A DNA stretch of 60,812 bases, from contig NW_021832388.1 in the NCBI RefSeq assembly GCF_006345805.1, positions 1 to 60,812 of the forward strand. The letters run 5' to 3'. Below are positions 24,708 to 37,758 of this stretch, one piece after another. Under the pieces are notes generated by a model. It was not told the origin of the DNA. It saw nothing but the letters and a program-made list of their open reading frames with translations, and did no database searches. The translations under genes were made by a program, and so were the position numbers. This DNA is from Octopus sinensis (taxonomy: Eukaryota). Numbering within the stretch: position 1 is the stretch's first letter; each line of letters begins with the position of its first letter.

Positions 24708-25081
24708 GTCGTCGTCAACATCATCACTTCCAGCACCACCGTTTCTACTACTAAAACTACCACCACCACCACCACCATCATCATCGTCATCATCATCATC
24801 ATCATTACCAAATTAATGGCCATCTCAGCGGAGACTCGCTGAGCCGATGGAACTGGCAAGACAAAGTAGCTTCGCTACAGCAACGTCACTTTATTGTTGA
24901 ATGGTGTCGTCTCTGTGATGAGGATTTATTACGGTTTGGTGGTAGCGGGGTCGGAGGTGGGGGTGGTGGTGCTACTGCTGCTGCTAGTTGTTGATGGTCG
25001 TCAGTGTGCAGATGGTGGTGGTGGTGGTGATGGTGGCTTTGTGGAGAGATTATTGGTGGCTGCCTGAGGCAAGGAAAAGAT

Positions 25082-25117
<36 letters not shown>

Positions 25118-25477
25118 TTATGATGATGATGATGATGATGACGATGACGACGATGATAATGTTGTTGTTGTTGGTGGTGGTGGTGGTGGTGGTGGCGGTG
25201 GTGGTGGTGGTGGTGGTGGTGGTGGTGGCGGTGGTGGTGGTGGTGGTGGTGGTGGTGGTGGCGGTGGTGGTGGTGGTGTGGTGGTGGTGGTGGTGGTGGT
25301 GGTGGCGGTGGTGGTGGTGGTGGCGGTGGTGGTGGTGGTGGTGGTGGTGGTGGTGGTGGTGGTGGTGGTAATGTTGTTGCTGATGTTGCTGCTGCTGCTG
25401 CTGGTACTGGCGATTTGATGATGGTGATGATAATGATGATAATGATATGATGATGACTACGATGATGATGATGATGA

Positions 25478-25523
<46 letters not shown>

Positions 25524-25790
25524 GGTGGCGGTGGCGGTGGTGGTGGTGGTGGTGGTGGTGGTGGTGGTGATGGCGGCGGCAGTGGCAGTTGCAGCGGCAA
25601 CGGCAGCGGTGCTGGTATTGGTGACAATGATGGCGATGACAATGATGAGGAGGATGCTACAATGACGACGGCAATGACGCTCACTCAACGACGATGACAT
25701 CGACGATAACGATGAAGTTAAATGTAAAGATAATGGCGATTGTTGTTATCGTAGTGTCGCTGGCGGATGGTGGTTGTGGTGGTGGTGGTG
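23955..25790. repeat. Cluster of compound trinucleotide tracts (GGT, CAT/CAC, GAT, GTT)
   Basis: Direct reading; tracts at 23955-24165, 24465-24810 and 24950-25790. Confidence 0.9.
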
Positions 25791-25823
25791 GGAAAGAAGA
25801 TGATTATGTCAATGTACTGATGA

Positions 25824-26050
25824 TTAGTTAGTTAGTTAATTAGTTAATTTTTTGGCTCAAAAACCAAAAAGCAAGGCCATGTAGGGGGACATGGAGTTAT
25901 GTACAGGGTGGTGTTCATGTAAAGAGTTCAGGCCACTTGAGGTCAAGGGAGACTTTGAACCGAGCGGTCGTCGGCATCTTCACCATCTCGTCTGGTAGTT
26001 TATTCCACGGATCCGCAACCCGGACGGAGAAAGCCCCTCTCCTTCGATTA
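25824..26050 (-). mobile_element. CR1-clade LINE 3' end (second family), (CTAA)n tail
   Basis: RRRGAFSVRVADPWNKLPDEMVKMPTTARFKVSLDLKWPELFT* (FSxRVxxxWNxLP motif); second copy at 47542. Confidence 0.8.
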
Positions 26051-26054
26051 GGAT

Positions 26055-26179
26055 AATGTTCACTTAAAAAGAATAACAAGCTACGAGTGCATAATGCAAA
26101 ATTTTTACTTTTCAAAAATTCCAATTCTAAAGGGGCGAAAAGAAAACAAACCCGAGCAACGCTGGGCTATACTGCTAGT
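26055..26179 (-). mobile_element. Family D 5' portion
   Basis: Reverse complement ACTAGCAGTATAGCCCAGCGTTGCTCGGG... Confidence 0.7.
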
Positions 26180-26599
26180 TGTTTAATATTCATAATCAAT
26201 GCGAGTACATTCCTCACTTTATTACCCAATCACTCCGAGTCCACTCAGTTGAGGTCAATATGCTTTGTAGATGAGACCTAACAAGACTGAAACACGTCTG
26301 TTGGCTTTCCTAGTTGCCATTAAAAAGAACAAGATCCGCTCTTACTTGTGTCGTTGGTTGATATTATTAGAGTTTATCTTCTGTGTTTGCTAATTTCAGA
26401 TTTCAAGCATTTCCAGATGAAAATCTCTTTGCTAATAAAAATTGACACTCAGTTTATCAAAATTTTCCAGTACACTATATTGAATAAGTGATATTCTGTC
26501 TTCGTATTTAGGACGCGGATCGATCCACTGGTGTTTTTCTTTCACTCATTTCTAATTTTGTTGATACACAGAATATAAGCCGTTTGACATAACACAAAT

Positions 26600-27350
26600 C
26601 AGTAATCCGTAGTCACTGGACGACGGCTATGCAGTTTACGACACTATCAAGCGTTTATACATTTTTTTCGACAATCCACCAAGCAACAACGAAAGCAATT
26701 GCTTTTTGACAATCTTATTTCCTTAAATTGAAACATCTTTGGAAAATAATGTTCTACATATGTCTATAGTTACGCAGAATCACGGTTAGTCTACGGTTGC
26801 TTTATAGAAAGTAACAGTTGGTGTTCCATCTCCGATATTAGCAAATAGGTTGAGGTCAGATCTCTGTGTCTGGCAACACTCCAAATACCAAACACCCGTT
26901 CTCGGTCAACACTTGACTCAGCACCTAAGCATAGTTGAAAGAAATGCGCTGTTAGAAAGCTTGTTTAATCAACGATATCTATGCCAGTTCACTGTATAGT
27001 AATCTATGCGCTTGTCATCGAATATTTGCGCAATATCAGCAACGACATCCCAAAATATTTCCGACTAATTATTGGCAACAGATGGATCTTGTGGCTTGCA
27101 GAACTTGACTGATTCTTCCGATAAAAAGTAAGAAGACGTTCTAACAAGTAAAATGTTGCTTTGACAAAACACAAAACCGCAACACACTTTTTCTCGATCT
27201 TTCAGGTGTAGCTTTTTCCAGCTCATTTCAGTACAGGATAGCTGACTCGGCGCGTGACAACTGAATTTCTCTGCACACCCGAACCTTTGTACTGACCAAA
27301 ATCCCAAGAAGTTTGACCGAACTCTTAGTCCAGCCAGAATGCTGACTAAC
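26600..27350 (-). pseudogene. Highly degenerate Tx1/L1-like ORF2 relic
   Basis: Across frames: WTKSSVKLLGI, SWKKLHLKDREKVC, SICCQ...FGMSLLILRK; many stops and frameshifts; the 5' limit is approximate. Confidence 0.4.
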
Positions 27351-27541
27351 ATTCAATTGCCCCTCTCTAGGTTTCGCATCGGAAGACCATAGACTTGACC
27401 CTGGTTAATTCACGACAGTGGTCAAGCTTTGCGACTCGATACGCTTCACTTCCTGAGATATCTGACACCCGACACCATTGTAGTGGCCTCGTCATCATCA
27501 TCATCGTCATCGTCGTCGTCGTCGTCGGCACTCCATCAACA

Positions 27542-27844
27542 TAAGTGAACATTTTTCTGGTTGAAATACACCAAAAATGGCAACACAGCAGTCAAAAAAT
27601 GGTAAAAAAATAGGGATTTTCATAGTAAAAAAAAGCACCTTCTTGATGTAAATAATTTTTGGTCTTAACATGGTCCGATTTGAATATTTCATTCTCCGAA
27701 ATGAAAAGCAAGCCTTTTTCTATCATACTCTCAATTTTGGTCAACTTGCGCCGCAGGGTCTCGGAGGAGATAGTGTTAGTTCCAGACTACCAAACCTGTC
27801 ACACACATACAGACAACTTCAGCTTTATATATATATATATAGAT
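27542..27844 (+). mobile_element. Family D 3' portion ending CAGCTTTATATATATATATATAGAT
   Basis: Match to 13450-13677 and to the 41669 copy. Confidence 0.75.
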
Positions 27845-28539
27845 GCGGCTGCGAAAAAATATGCTTGGCGGGCGTTCTATAAACAAAGTGCAAATATCAT
27901 TGGTCTCATACGTATATTACTGTGAGTTGAAAAACATTTGATTAACTGAAATTATTAAAGCAATTGGTGACGAAATTCAACTCTTGTCTAATTTCATCGT
28001 GAAGATCATGTCTTCATTTAGCGAGCAATGTAAGAAAATTTCTGCTACCGGGAAACTACATTGAAAGAGTTACTGGAAATGCTGGTTTGAAAATGTCAAA
28101 AAAGAAGTTTTTCCTCTCCGACCAAATCCTCGTCAACTTCCTTAAGTGCCATTTGAAGGGAACGATTTGGTTTATATGGGAGGGAAGATGAAATAAGAAG
28201 AATACATAAGACTGGAAAAGAAAATGCTTGATTTTCCGGAATTTCCAATCCTTATAAAAGAATTTTGTGCCCATTTTGGTTATATGTTTCTTAATTCTTT
28301 CTGCTATTCCAAAGAGTACCAGACAGAAAGAAAGAAATACTGATTGGCACTACTTCTCTCTTTCAAGTTTCTGTATTTCTATTCTTCTTTTTTGAAAGAC
28401 AGTAAGGTGTGGTTTGAGGGAAACCTCTGTGCGATGACACATAATAACGTCCAAAGTTTTATAGGTGCTTGTTTGCAGTTTCTGAAAACAAGGCGAAGAC
28501 ACGCACAAACAATTCACATTTATGAGTCAATACACACAC

Positions 28540-29045
<506 letters not shown>

Positions 29046-29658
29046 TAATTCTGTTCTTTTATCAAAATATGGCCAGGAAGTTTCCCACCTTCAATAAAAG
29101 CTGTTACAAAAAGTCAAACGTCTAATATTCTTGATATCTATCTTATATCATCTGTGGAGCTCATAAATATTATTTGCTAGAACTGAAAATTATGGAAATA
29201 TAGTAAATAACGTTTGAAAAATAAATATATAATATGTTTTTTCTTTCACAGAATATAGTTTTTATTGTTAGATATTATCAGACTACAAATTTCGTTTATG
29301 AGCCTCTGAGGGTATCTATATGTTCTATATGTGGCTGGTATTCATGCTAAAGATACCAGCCAAATGTCGAGTCTACAAAGAAACAGCTTTTGTGTTGTCA
29401 CTCGGCTTCTTGAAATAGCAGCCAATTCTCCCGCAAATTACAGTATACCCCCCACCTAGAAAAGGACACACGCATACATACATACATACATACATACATA
29501 CATACATACATACATACATCAAAACAGCTTGATTCAGACTCCGTGGTTTTCTGAGTTTCAAGCGTGTGGCTTCTATTTTGCCATTGGGGTCGAATAGCGA
29601 CACGCTTGAAATTCAGAGTACCAAGTAGTTTGAATCGAACTGTTTTGATCTATACATA

Positions 29659-29928
29659 TGTTTGTTCCTTCTCGAGCCATGCCTGACTCAAAAGGGTTCG
29701 GTTTCCCGGTTTCCTTGGCGTATAGGTTCCCCACCTAGACTGGACACCGGTCAGTCGCAGGTGAGCTGCAAGTTTGCAGGAGGAGAGAATGAGAGAAAGT
29801 TGTGGCGAAAGAGTCAACAGAAGTTTCGCCATTACCTTCTGCCGGAGCCACGTGGAGCTTAGGTGTTTCGCTCATAAATACACACACATCGCCCGGTCTG
29901 AGATTCGAACCCGTGATCCCTCGACCGT
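29659..29928 (-). mobile_element. SINE-C sister element with a different 3' tail
   Basis: Shares the SINE-C B-box and middle (GAGAGAAAGTTGTGG.GAAAGAG...GCCCGGTCTG) but has an unrelated tail. Confidence 0.7.
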
Positions 29929-29999
29929 GGAGGAGGAGGAGGAGGAGGATATGTTTCTTCGTATCACCATTGCGCTCATTATCAAGAGCCAAGGAATAC

Positions 30000-30160
30000 T
30001 ATTCATAATCACCATCGCCGCCACCACTATCAACATCATTCTCCGACCACGACTATCAACATCATAATCATCATCATCCCCATATCACTACCATCATCAT
30101 CATCATCATCATCATAATCATCATCATCCCCATATCACCACCACCACCATCATCATCATC

Positions 30161-30201
<41 letters not shown>

Positions 30202-30280
30202 ATCATCATCATCACCACCACCAACACCACCATCATCATCATCATCATCATCACCACCACCACCACCACCATCATCGTCG

Positions 30281-30330
<50 letters not shown>

Positions 30331-30362
30331 GTCGTCATCTTCGTCGTTGTCATCATCATCAT
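30000..30362. repeat. (CAT)/(CAC) compound tract
   Basis: Direct reading. Confidence 0.9.
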
Positions 30363-31399
30363 CTTATACCTTGTATTTGGAGTTATCTCTATTACATTTA
30401 TCCACTTGGGAACATCCTGTCAAACCGCTTTGTGAAGCTAAATGTCTCCGTCGTCAGCATTCCACTGACGATGACAGCCATTCAGTGAAGGAGACTCCGA
30501 CTGGTTGTCCGGCTGACAAGCAGTCGCACCAAAACCATTGTGAAATCATACTTTATATTCTTTTACCATTATTGGAATCGCAGAATCTTTACGGCATCGC
30601 ACGAGACGCCTAGTGTTCTGATAAAGCTGATCTCGATGTAACTTCTCATTTTAAATTCCGCCGAGGTCAACTTTACTTTTTTCATTTCTACGGGATCAAA
30701 TTGACCTATTGACATACCACTACACGGGACAGGGGTGCTCCTGATATTTGGGGAACCCAGAGCAATTGGCCCTTTCTCCTGACTCATTCGGGGATGAGTG
30801 ACTATTCGCGGAACCCCCCAAATTCTAGGTTTTGTGCAAGTATTATTTCATACATACATACATACATACATACATACATACATACATACATACATACATA
30901 CATACATACATACGAACATACATACATATATATGCGGCGAGCTTCTTTCAGTTTCCGTCTACCAAATCCACTCACGATGCTTTGGTCGGCTCGAGGCTAT
31001 ATTTAAATACGCACTGGGACGGAACTCAGACCCATAAGGTTACTGCAAAGCCTGCCTGCACCTAACATTTAATGAGATAACAAATCGATAGCTTGATTAA
31101 TTGTCAGATCAATCGATAAGCTAGGTTTGCCAAAAGGCTTTCGTCACCATTAGCGACTTCATCAATAACGTACCGTCTCTATTCCAGGTTTGTGTGTGTT
31201 CATCATTGGCATAATGACCCTTCCGAGTTTACATCAGGAATCTTGCAACCCAAGTGCTAAAACAAAATTTCAGTTTCAAATTTTGGCACAAGACCAGCAA
31301 TTACGAGGTATCGGATAAGTCGATTACATCGACCCATTACTCGGAATGCTAGCGACTCTGTCAGATCGCTGCCTTACAAAAAATAATAATAAAAATAAT

Positions 31400-31685
31400 A
31401 AGCCTTGTGAGTGGATTTGGTAGACGGAAACTGAAAGAAGCTCGTCGTATGTGTGTGTGTGTGTGTGTGTGTGTGTTTCTTTGTGTTTGTCCCCCCAACA
31501 ACGCTTGACAACCAACGCTGGTGTGTGTACGTCCCCGTAACTAACGGTTCGGCAAAAAGAGACCGATAGAATAAGTACTAGGCTTACAAAGAATAAAGTT
31601 GTGGGGTCGATTTGCTCGACTAAAGGCGGTGCTCAAGCATGACTGCAGTCAAATGACTGAAACAAGTAAAAGAGAGAGTAAAGAG
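31400..31685 (+). mobile_element. SINE-A (5' truncated), (TG)n linker
   Basis: Family match. Confidence 0.85.
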
Positions 31686-31904
31686 TATATGAACCTTAGA
31701 GATCAACTGGCACATATTTTATCCACTCCCAAAGGATGAAAGGCAAAGTCGGCCTCAGCGGAATTTGAACTTAAAAAATAAAGACGGGCGAAATGCCGCT
31801 TTGCTTCTTTGCGTGGAGTGTTAACGAATCTAGCAGATCGCTGCCGTGCAAAGCACAGTATTAAAAATTAATAGATTAAACAGTAGTATATTATCTCCAC
31901 TTGT

Positions 31905-32291
31905 GGATGGAAGCACTCCGTCGGTTACGACGACGAGGGTTCCGGTTGATCCGATCAACGGAACAGCCTGCTCGTGAAATTAACGTGTAAGTGGCTGAGC
32001 ACTCCACAGACACGTGTACCCTTAACGTAGTTCTCGGGGATATTCAGCGTGAAACAGAGAGTGACAAGGCCGGCCCTTTGAAATACAGGTACAACAGAAA
32101 CAGGAAGTAAGAGTGAGAGAAAGTTGCGGTGAAAGAGTACAGCAGGGATCACCACCATCCCTGCCGGAGCCTCGTGGAGCTTTTAGATGTTTTCGCTCAA
32201 TAAACACTCACAACGCCCGGTCTGGGAATCGAAACCTCGATCCTACGACCGCGAGTCCGCTGCCCTAACCACTGGGCCATTGCGCCTCCAC
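31905..32291 (-). mobile_element. SINE-C, full length, 12-bp TSD
   Basis: TSD ATCTCCACTTGT at 31893-31904 and 32292-32303. Confidence 0.92.
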
Positions 32292-33231
32292 ATCTCCACT
32301 TGTAACTGTTGTACAAACCTGCCTAGTATTATAGGTTTTAAAGACAATTTACGCACAAAAATAGACACGTATTATAACATAGTATAGTAGTCAAACCAAG
32401 ATGGACAACGGATGGGTGATCATTACTAAGATAGATTACACAAACAACAATGTGTCAGATGTCAGATTTGTTCAGAATCGATTATAAAGAAAACAAAAAC
32501 AAACAGGGACAACACCAATGGCAATGATAACTGCATTTATAATATGAAATACTACATGTGTCTTCATTTCATTGAATGCACCCTGTAAAATAGTTTACGT
32601 TCGTCTATTGATTTTTGCCCTCCAAAAACAAGATTATTTTTTCATGAATGAAATTAAATGTAATTTATAAAAATAAAATTACCCGTTCACTTTTTTTTTT
32701 ATATACTTGTTCTTTGTCTCGTCTTATAGATTTCTTTACTTTTTTTTCATTTTTTTTTTTTTGTATTTTTTTTTATATTGAAAAATTTTTACCCTAGTAA
32801 CTGACTGAAAACAGTAAAGCCAAGGAAAAAGCAAAGGAAAAGTAAAGCTTGTCATTGTATGTCTACGTGGAAAAAAAAATTAATCTAAATAATAGGATTA
32901 AAATTGGGGAAATATTTTTGTTTGCATGAATATGAGAGCAAATAAGAACGTGGAACGTGGAAAACAGAATCTACAAGGAATGTATAATCTATAGTTTTAT
33001 ACGTACATGCATACATACATACGTACACACGCGAGTGCACGGACACACACAAACACACATATACACACACACACATATAAAGAAATGGAAATATAGACTT
33101 GGGGAGTTTTCTTTTTTTTATTTCAGTTTCAGAACAAAGCATAAACACTGCTTTTTATATCGAGTACTTCTTTTATAGTCTGTAAACACAAACATCTACA
33201 AAACAACGTAGACACGGGTATATATCTCAGT

Positions 33232-33555
33232 CCAGACCGGGCGTTGTGAGTGTTTATTGAGCGAAAACACCTAAAAAGCTCCACGAGGCTCCGACAGGGG
33301 ATGGTGGTGATCCCTGCTGTACTCTTTCACCACAACTTTCTCTCACTCTTACTTCCTGTTTCTGTTGTACCTGTATTTCAAAGGGCCGGCCTTGTCACTC
33401 TCTGTGTCACGCTGAATATCCCCGAGAACTACGTTAAGGGTACACGTGTCTGTGGAGTGCTCAGCCACTTGCACGTTAATTTCACGAGCAGGCTGTTCCG
33501 TTGATCGGATCAACCGGAACCCTCGTCGTCGTAACCGACAGAGTGCTTCCATTCC
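33232..33555 (+). mobile_element. SINE-C, 5' truncated at the B-box, 12-bp TSD
   Basis: TSD ATATATCTCAGT at 33220-33231 and 33556-33567. Confidence 0.92.
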
Positions 33556-33858
33556 ATATATCTCAGTGCAGGGCCACCAAAATCAACCACTTTCACCGTC
33601 TCTTCACATCCTACATATAACAAGAGCTTACAGTCCCAAATGACTTGCTTACAGCTGTGCTGCAGCAGCTCAGGAAAATGAAATAAAACACGGCATACAA
33701 CGCTTTGAGTAAAGTACACACTCTGAAAAGCTGCTCATTTATAACCCAGACCCGAAACTCCTAAAAGACAATCATCAAATTACATGATATCTTCCTGCAT
33801 GAACTGCACAGCCCTGCAGTTCTCGGGCCTCTAAAACTGCAGTCGACCTTTGTCATAT

Positions 33859-34276
33859 AGGCGCAGGAGTGGCTGTGTGGTAAGTAGCTTGCTTACCAAC
33901 CACATGGTTCCTGGTTCAGTCCCACTGTGTGGCACCTTGGACAAGTGTCTTCTACTATAACCTCGGGCCGACCAAAGCCTTGTGAGTGGATTTGGTAGAC
34001 GGAAACTGAAAGAAGCCCGTCGTATATATGTATATTTATATATATGTATGTGTGTGTATATATGTTTGTATCTGTGTTTGTCCTCCCAACATCGCTTGAC
34101 AACCGATGCTGGTGTGTTTACGTCCCCGTAACTTAGCGGTTCGGCAAAAGAGACCGATAGAATAAGTGCTAGGCTTACAAAGAATAAGTCGTGGGGTCGA
34201 GTTGCTCGACTAAAGGTGGTGCTCCAGCATGGCCACAGTCAAATGACTGAAACAAGTTAAAGAGTAAAAAGAGAGT
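33859..34276 (+). mobile_element. SINE-A, full length
   Basis: Family match. Confidence 0.9.
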
Positions 34277-34633
34277 ATCAACTTTGTACAATTCTTTAGG
34301 TTAATGTAGTATCATTGCTCTGGACATGAGTAAAGATTTTGCCTGCCACTTATAGACTCTGTCCGTTCCCAGTATCTTGAATCGGTGTCTTCATGAAGAA
34401 TTCACTATCATGCCGTGTACGGAAGGAACTCTCTGATCCACATGTTATCAACTCGGGTTTTCTAACGTGATCTACTTACCACGGCCTTCTTTCAGTTTCA
34501 GTCTATTAAATTCATTCACAAGGTTTTGGTCGTCCCAGAGCTATAGTAGAAGACCCTTGCCAAAGATGCTATGCAGCGGCATGAAATCTAACTCTGTGCG
34601 TACGTGTGCGGCGGGCAGGTAGGTAGGTAGGTA

Positions 34634-34770
34634 GGTTTCTTTATTAGCCACACAGGGCTGCACACAGACGGGACAAATTACAAGGTAGAGCTTTTCTTTT
34701 TCGGGAGAAAAAAAAGGCGGGGTAGGTTTTCGATCAAAAGGGATCGTAAAAAAGAAAGAAAAAAGAAAGA
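34634..34770 (-). mobile_element. Family G retroposon 3' end
   Basis: Match to the 10908 copy. Confidence 0.6.
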
Positions 34771-34872
34771 GAAAGAGAAAAGAAAGGATAGATAGATAGA
34801 TAGAGAGATAGAGAGAGTGAGAGAGAGAGAGAGACAGAGAGAGACAGACAGACAGACAGACAGATAGATAGT

Positions 34873-34991
<119 letters not shown>

Positions 34992-35235
34992 TGAAAGGTG
35001 TGGCATAGTGGTTAGGGTGTTCCACTCACGATCACAAGATTATAGGTTCGATTCCCGGACCGATCAAATCATTTGTGCGGCTGTTCGGCAAGAAATGGCA
35101 GGATCCTCATCCGTCGTCCAGCGAGGCGGAAGTTCCTGATATATGCGAAACTACGATAAACACAAATTCATAACATTGATTCCTTACTGACGTTTCACCA
35201 CTGTCATTGGATGTTCCAAGTGCAATTGAATGCTG

Positions 35236-35805
35236 TGATGGCAATCCCTCAAGGTCGAGGATGATGGTCATCGCGCAAATTTACTGGTGAGTCCGTAGGT
35301 GACTGATAAGACCAATTCTTGCTTGAAAAGATCGGTCGCAGTGCGGACATCAAGTGCCGGAAGGGAGAGTCGCACGTGGTTGTTGTTGGCGCTCCTTCCG
35401 TCGTCGTCTTTTCTCCTCCAGCTCTGCAGACCTTTTCGACTCGAAAGTCGCCGATCCCTCATGGATGGTGGTTTTCCAGAGTGGTCTGTTTTTTGCCGTT
35501 TCCTCTCAGTTAGTGAAGTCGATGTCACACTTTTTGAGGTTCGTTTTCAGGGAGTCCTTGTAGCGTTTCTTCTGGCCTCCTTTTGTACGCTTGCCGTCTT
35601 TGAGTTGGGAGTAGAAGATCTGTTTGGGAAGTCGTTCGTCAGTCATTCTAACCACGTGGCCGCTCCATCTTAGTTGGCCTTTGATGACATAGGCTTCGAT
35701 GCTGGTCATTTTTGCTTCTTGTAACACGCTGACGTTAGTTCTTCTGTCTTCCCAGCTGATGTTAAGGATCTTCCGAAGACAGCGTTGGTGAAATTTCTCG
35801 AGCGT
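35236..35805 (-). mobile_element. RTE/BovB-like LINE 3' fragment with terminal C2H2-type finger
   Basis: LEKFHQRCLRKILNISWEDRRTN...LRWSGHVVRM...RLPKQIFY...; in frame to CPHCDRSFQARIGLISHLRTHQ*, with two in-frame TGA stops. Confidence 0.88.
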
Positions 35806-36034
35806 GGTGACTATACGGGGTCCAGGTTTCGGATGCGTAAAGGTTTGGAATAATGACTGCCCTGTACACCATAAGTTTGGTTTCGGTTCGGATGCATAAT
35901 GACGAGGATCATCAAAAGAAGACGAAATATTTTTATCTCTGTAACTGAAGTTTTCTCCTCGCGGTCCGTAATGCTTAAGCATCCAGCAGCACTTGGAACG
36001 TCTAATGCAGAGTTCCAAATGACCAGAATTGTGA

Positions 36035-36630
36035 AATGGCGCATTGGTTAAGAGCGTCGGGCTCACAATCATGATGTAGTGAGTTCTATTTCCCGACCGG
36101 GCTGAATGTTGTGTTCTTGAGCAAGACACTTTATTTCCCGTTACTCCAGTTCACTCAGCTGTAGAAATTAGTTGCGACGTCACAGGTGCCAAGCTGTATC
36201 GGTCTTTGCTTTCCCCTTCGATAATATCTGTTTCTTTACTACCCACAAGGGGCTAAACATAAAGGGGACAAACAAGGACAGACAAAGGGATTAAGTCGAT
36301 TACATCGACCCCAGTGCGTAGCTGGTAATTAATTTATCGACCTCGAAAGGATGAAAAGCAAAGTCGACCTCGGCGGAATTTGAACTCAGAACGTAACGGC
36401 AGACGAAATACGGCTACGCATTTTGCCCGGCGTGCTAACGTTTCTGCCAGCTCGCCGCCTTTCCCTTCAATAATATCGGTGGCGTGGAGAATGGAGGGTG
36501 GTATGCATGGGCAACTGCTGCTCTTCCATAAACAACCTTGCTCGAACTTGTGCCTCGGAGGAGAACTTTCTAGGAGCAAACCCCCGGACATTTATGACTG
36601 AAGTGGGTCTTTACCTTTTACCCTTTTCCG
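36035..36630 (+). mobile_element. SINE-F interrupted by SINE-B
   Basis: tRNA-like head TGGCGCATTGGTTAAGAGC, middle TTCTTGAGCAAGACACTT, (TTTACC)-type tail at about 36610-36630. Confidence 0.7.
36229..36459 (-). mobile_element. SINE-B nested in SINE-F with an 18-19-bp imperfect TSD
   Basis: TTTCCCCTTCGATAATATC (36210-36228) and TTTCCCTTCAATAATATC (36460-36477). Confidence 0.9.
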
Positions 36631-36827
36631 TTAGAACAAATGATGCCAGCTTGTGTTTATCGTAATTTCTCTTACATTTGCTCTAGATATCATAACCAGT
36701 ATTTCCACTAAGTATAGTAGTAGGCAAACAACTTTATTGGAACAGACTGAACAACGATAATCTACATAGATCTCTTAACTCAACATGAGGAGGCATACAT
36801 CTAAATATACACGCAAGGTATAGGTCT

Positions 36828-37172
36828 CAGATTCTCAACCATGTTTTTATCTATTGACTCCTTTGATTATTATTTCATTTTAGTGGACCCCCATAGCCAT
36901 TCGATGCTTAAAAACTGTTTTTATAGAAGTTTCTATCAAAATTCCTATTTTCAAACATCCACTTGTGTAGATCAAACAATGTAAAAAGAAATGTTAGAGA
37001 ATGAAACTTAGCTGTTTCTTGCAATATGTACCAATGATACGTCTAGAGCAAAATTTCTTCAGGGACCCTTAAAATACCATCGTGGATCTCCGATCTACTA
37101 TTTTGTTACAAGGACCTCCCCCAAATTTTTATTAACCCTCAATGGCCATACGACCTCCGTTAAGAACCACTG
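36828..37172. mobile_element. Possible hAT-type MITE
   Basis: 3' GTTAAGAACCACTG and degenerate 5' CAG-ATTCTCAACC resemble CAGTGGTTCTYAAC TIRs; no 8-bp TSD seen. Confidence 0.35.
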
Positions 37173-37210
37173 GTGTATATATATATATATATATATATTG
37201 CTTCCGATTA

Positions 37211-37505
37211 TCTAATTTAATGATATAACTTGCACAGGTTGTGGTCATAACTATATAGGGCAGACAAGTATGACACTGAGACGGAGAACCACACTACATA
37301 AGGATCAGATCCGATTCCCACAATACAGACAAATTCTTTTGAATGGACACATAGAGAGATGTGCAGGTGAAATCCAACCAACCAACTAAACTTCACAGTT
37401 TTCCCCATCTACCAGTGCATAGAAACAATTTCTACACAAGAACGTTTAAATATAGAAAATTTGTTCATAGAAAAATACAGAACACGTGTAAATATGAGCG
37501 CATAA
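37211..37505 (+). pseudogene. Penelope-like GIY-YIG endonuclease relic
   Basis: ITCTGCGHNYIGQTSMTLRRRTTLHKDQIRFPQYRQILLNGHIERCA, frameshift, then NFTVFPIYQC...ERLNIENLFIEKYRTRVN..*; not in the ORF track. Confidence 0.8.
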
Positions 37506-37758
37506 CCAACTTTGATCTCAGTATATATTTTAATTCATGATCATATACCCATCACTGTACATAATTTTCTCCCTACTTTAGCTTTTGAGTTTTTGTGTTC
37601 ATTTATCCCCTCCCCGAAAGAAGAACAATTACCTCTCCTGTCCCCAATAATAAGGATCACTAATTACCCCACCTTAGATTTTTCTACTTGTTGAATCATT
37701 CATTCATAAACTTCTCCACACGCAATATGGACTAAAATACGAAATTACAATAATTTCA

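Noticed and set aside
26262-26305. AGATGAG...GAAACACGT hammerhead-like trace
   Set aside because: Core and stems are too degenerate to support.
27860-28280. Coding-looking stretch (RKFLLPGNYIERVTG...)
   Set aside because: No motif recognised in any frame.
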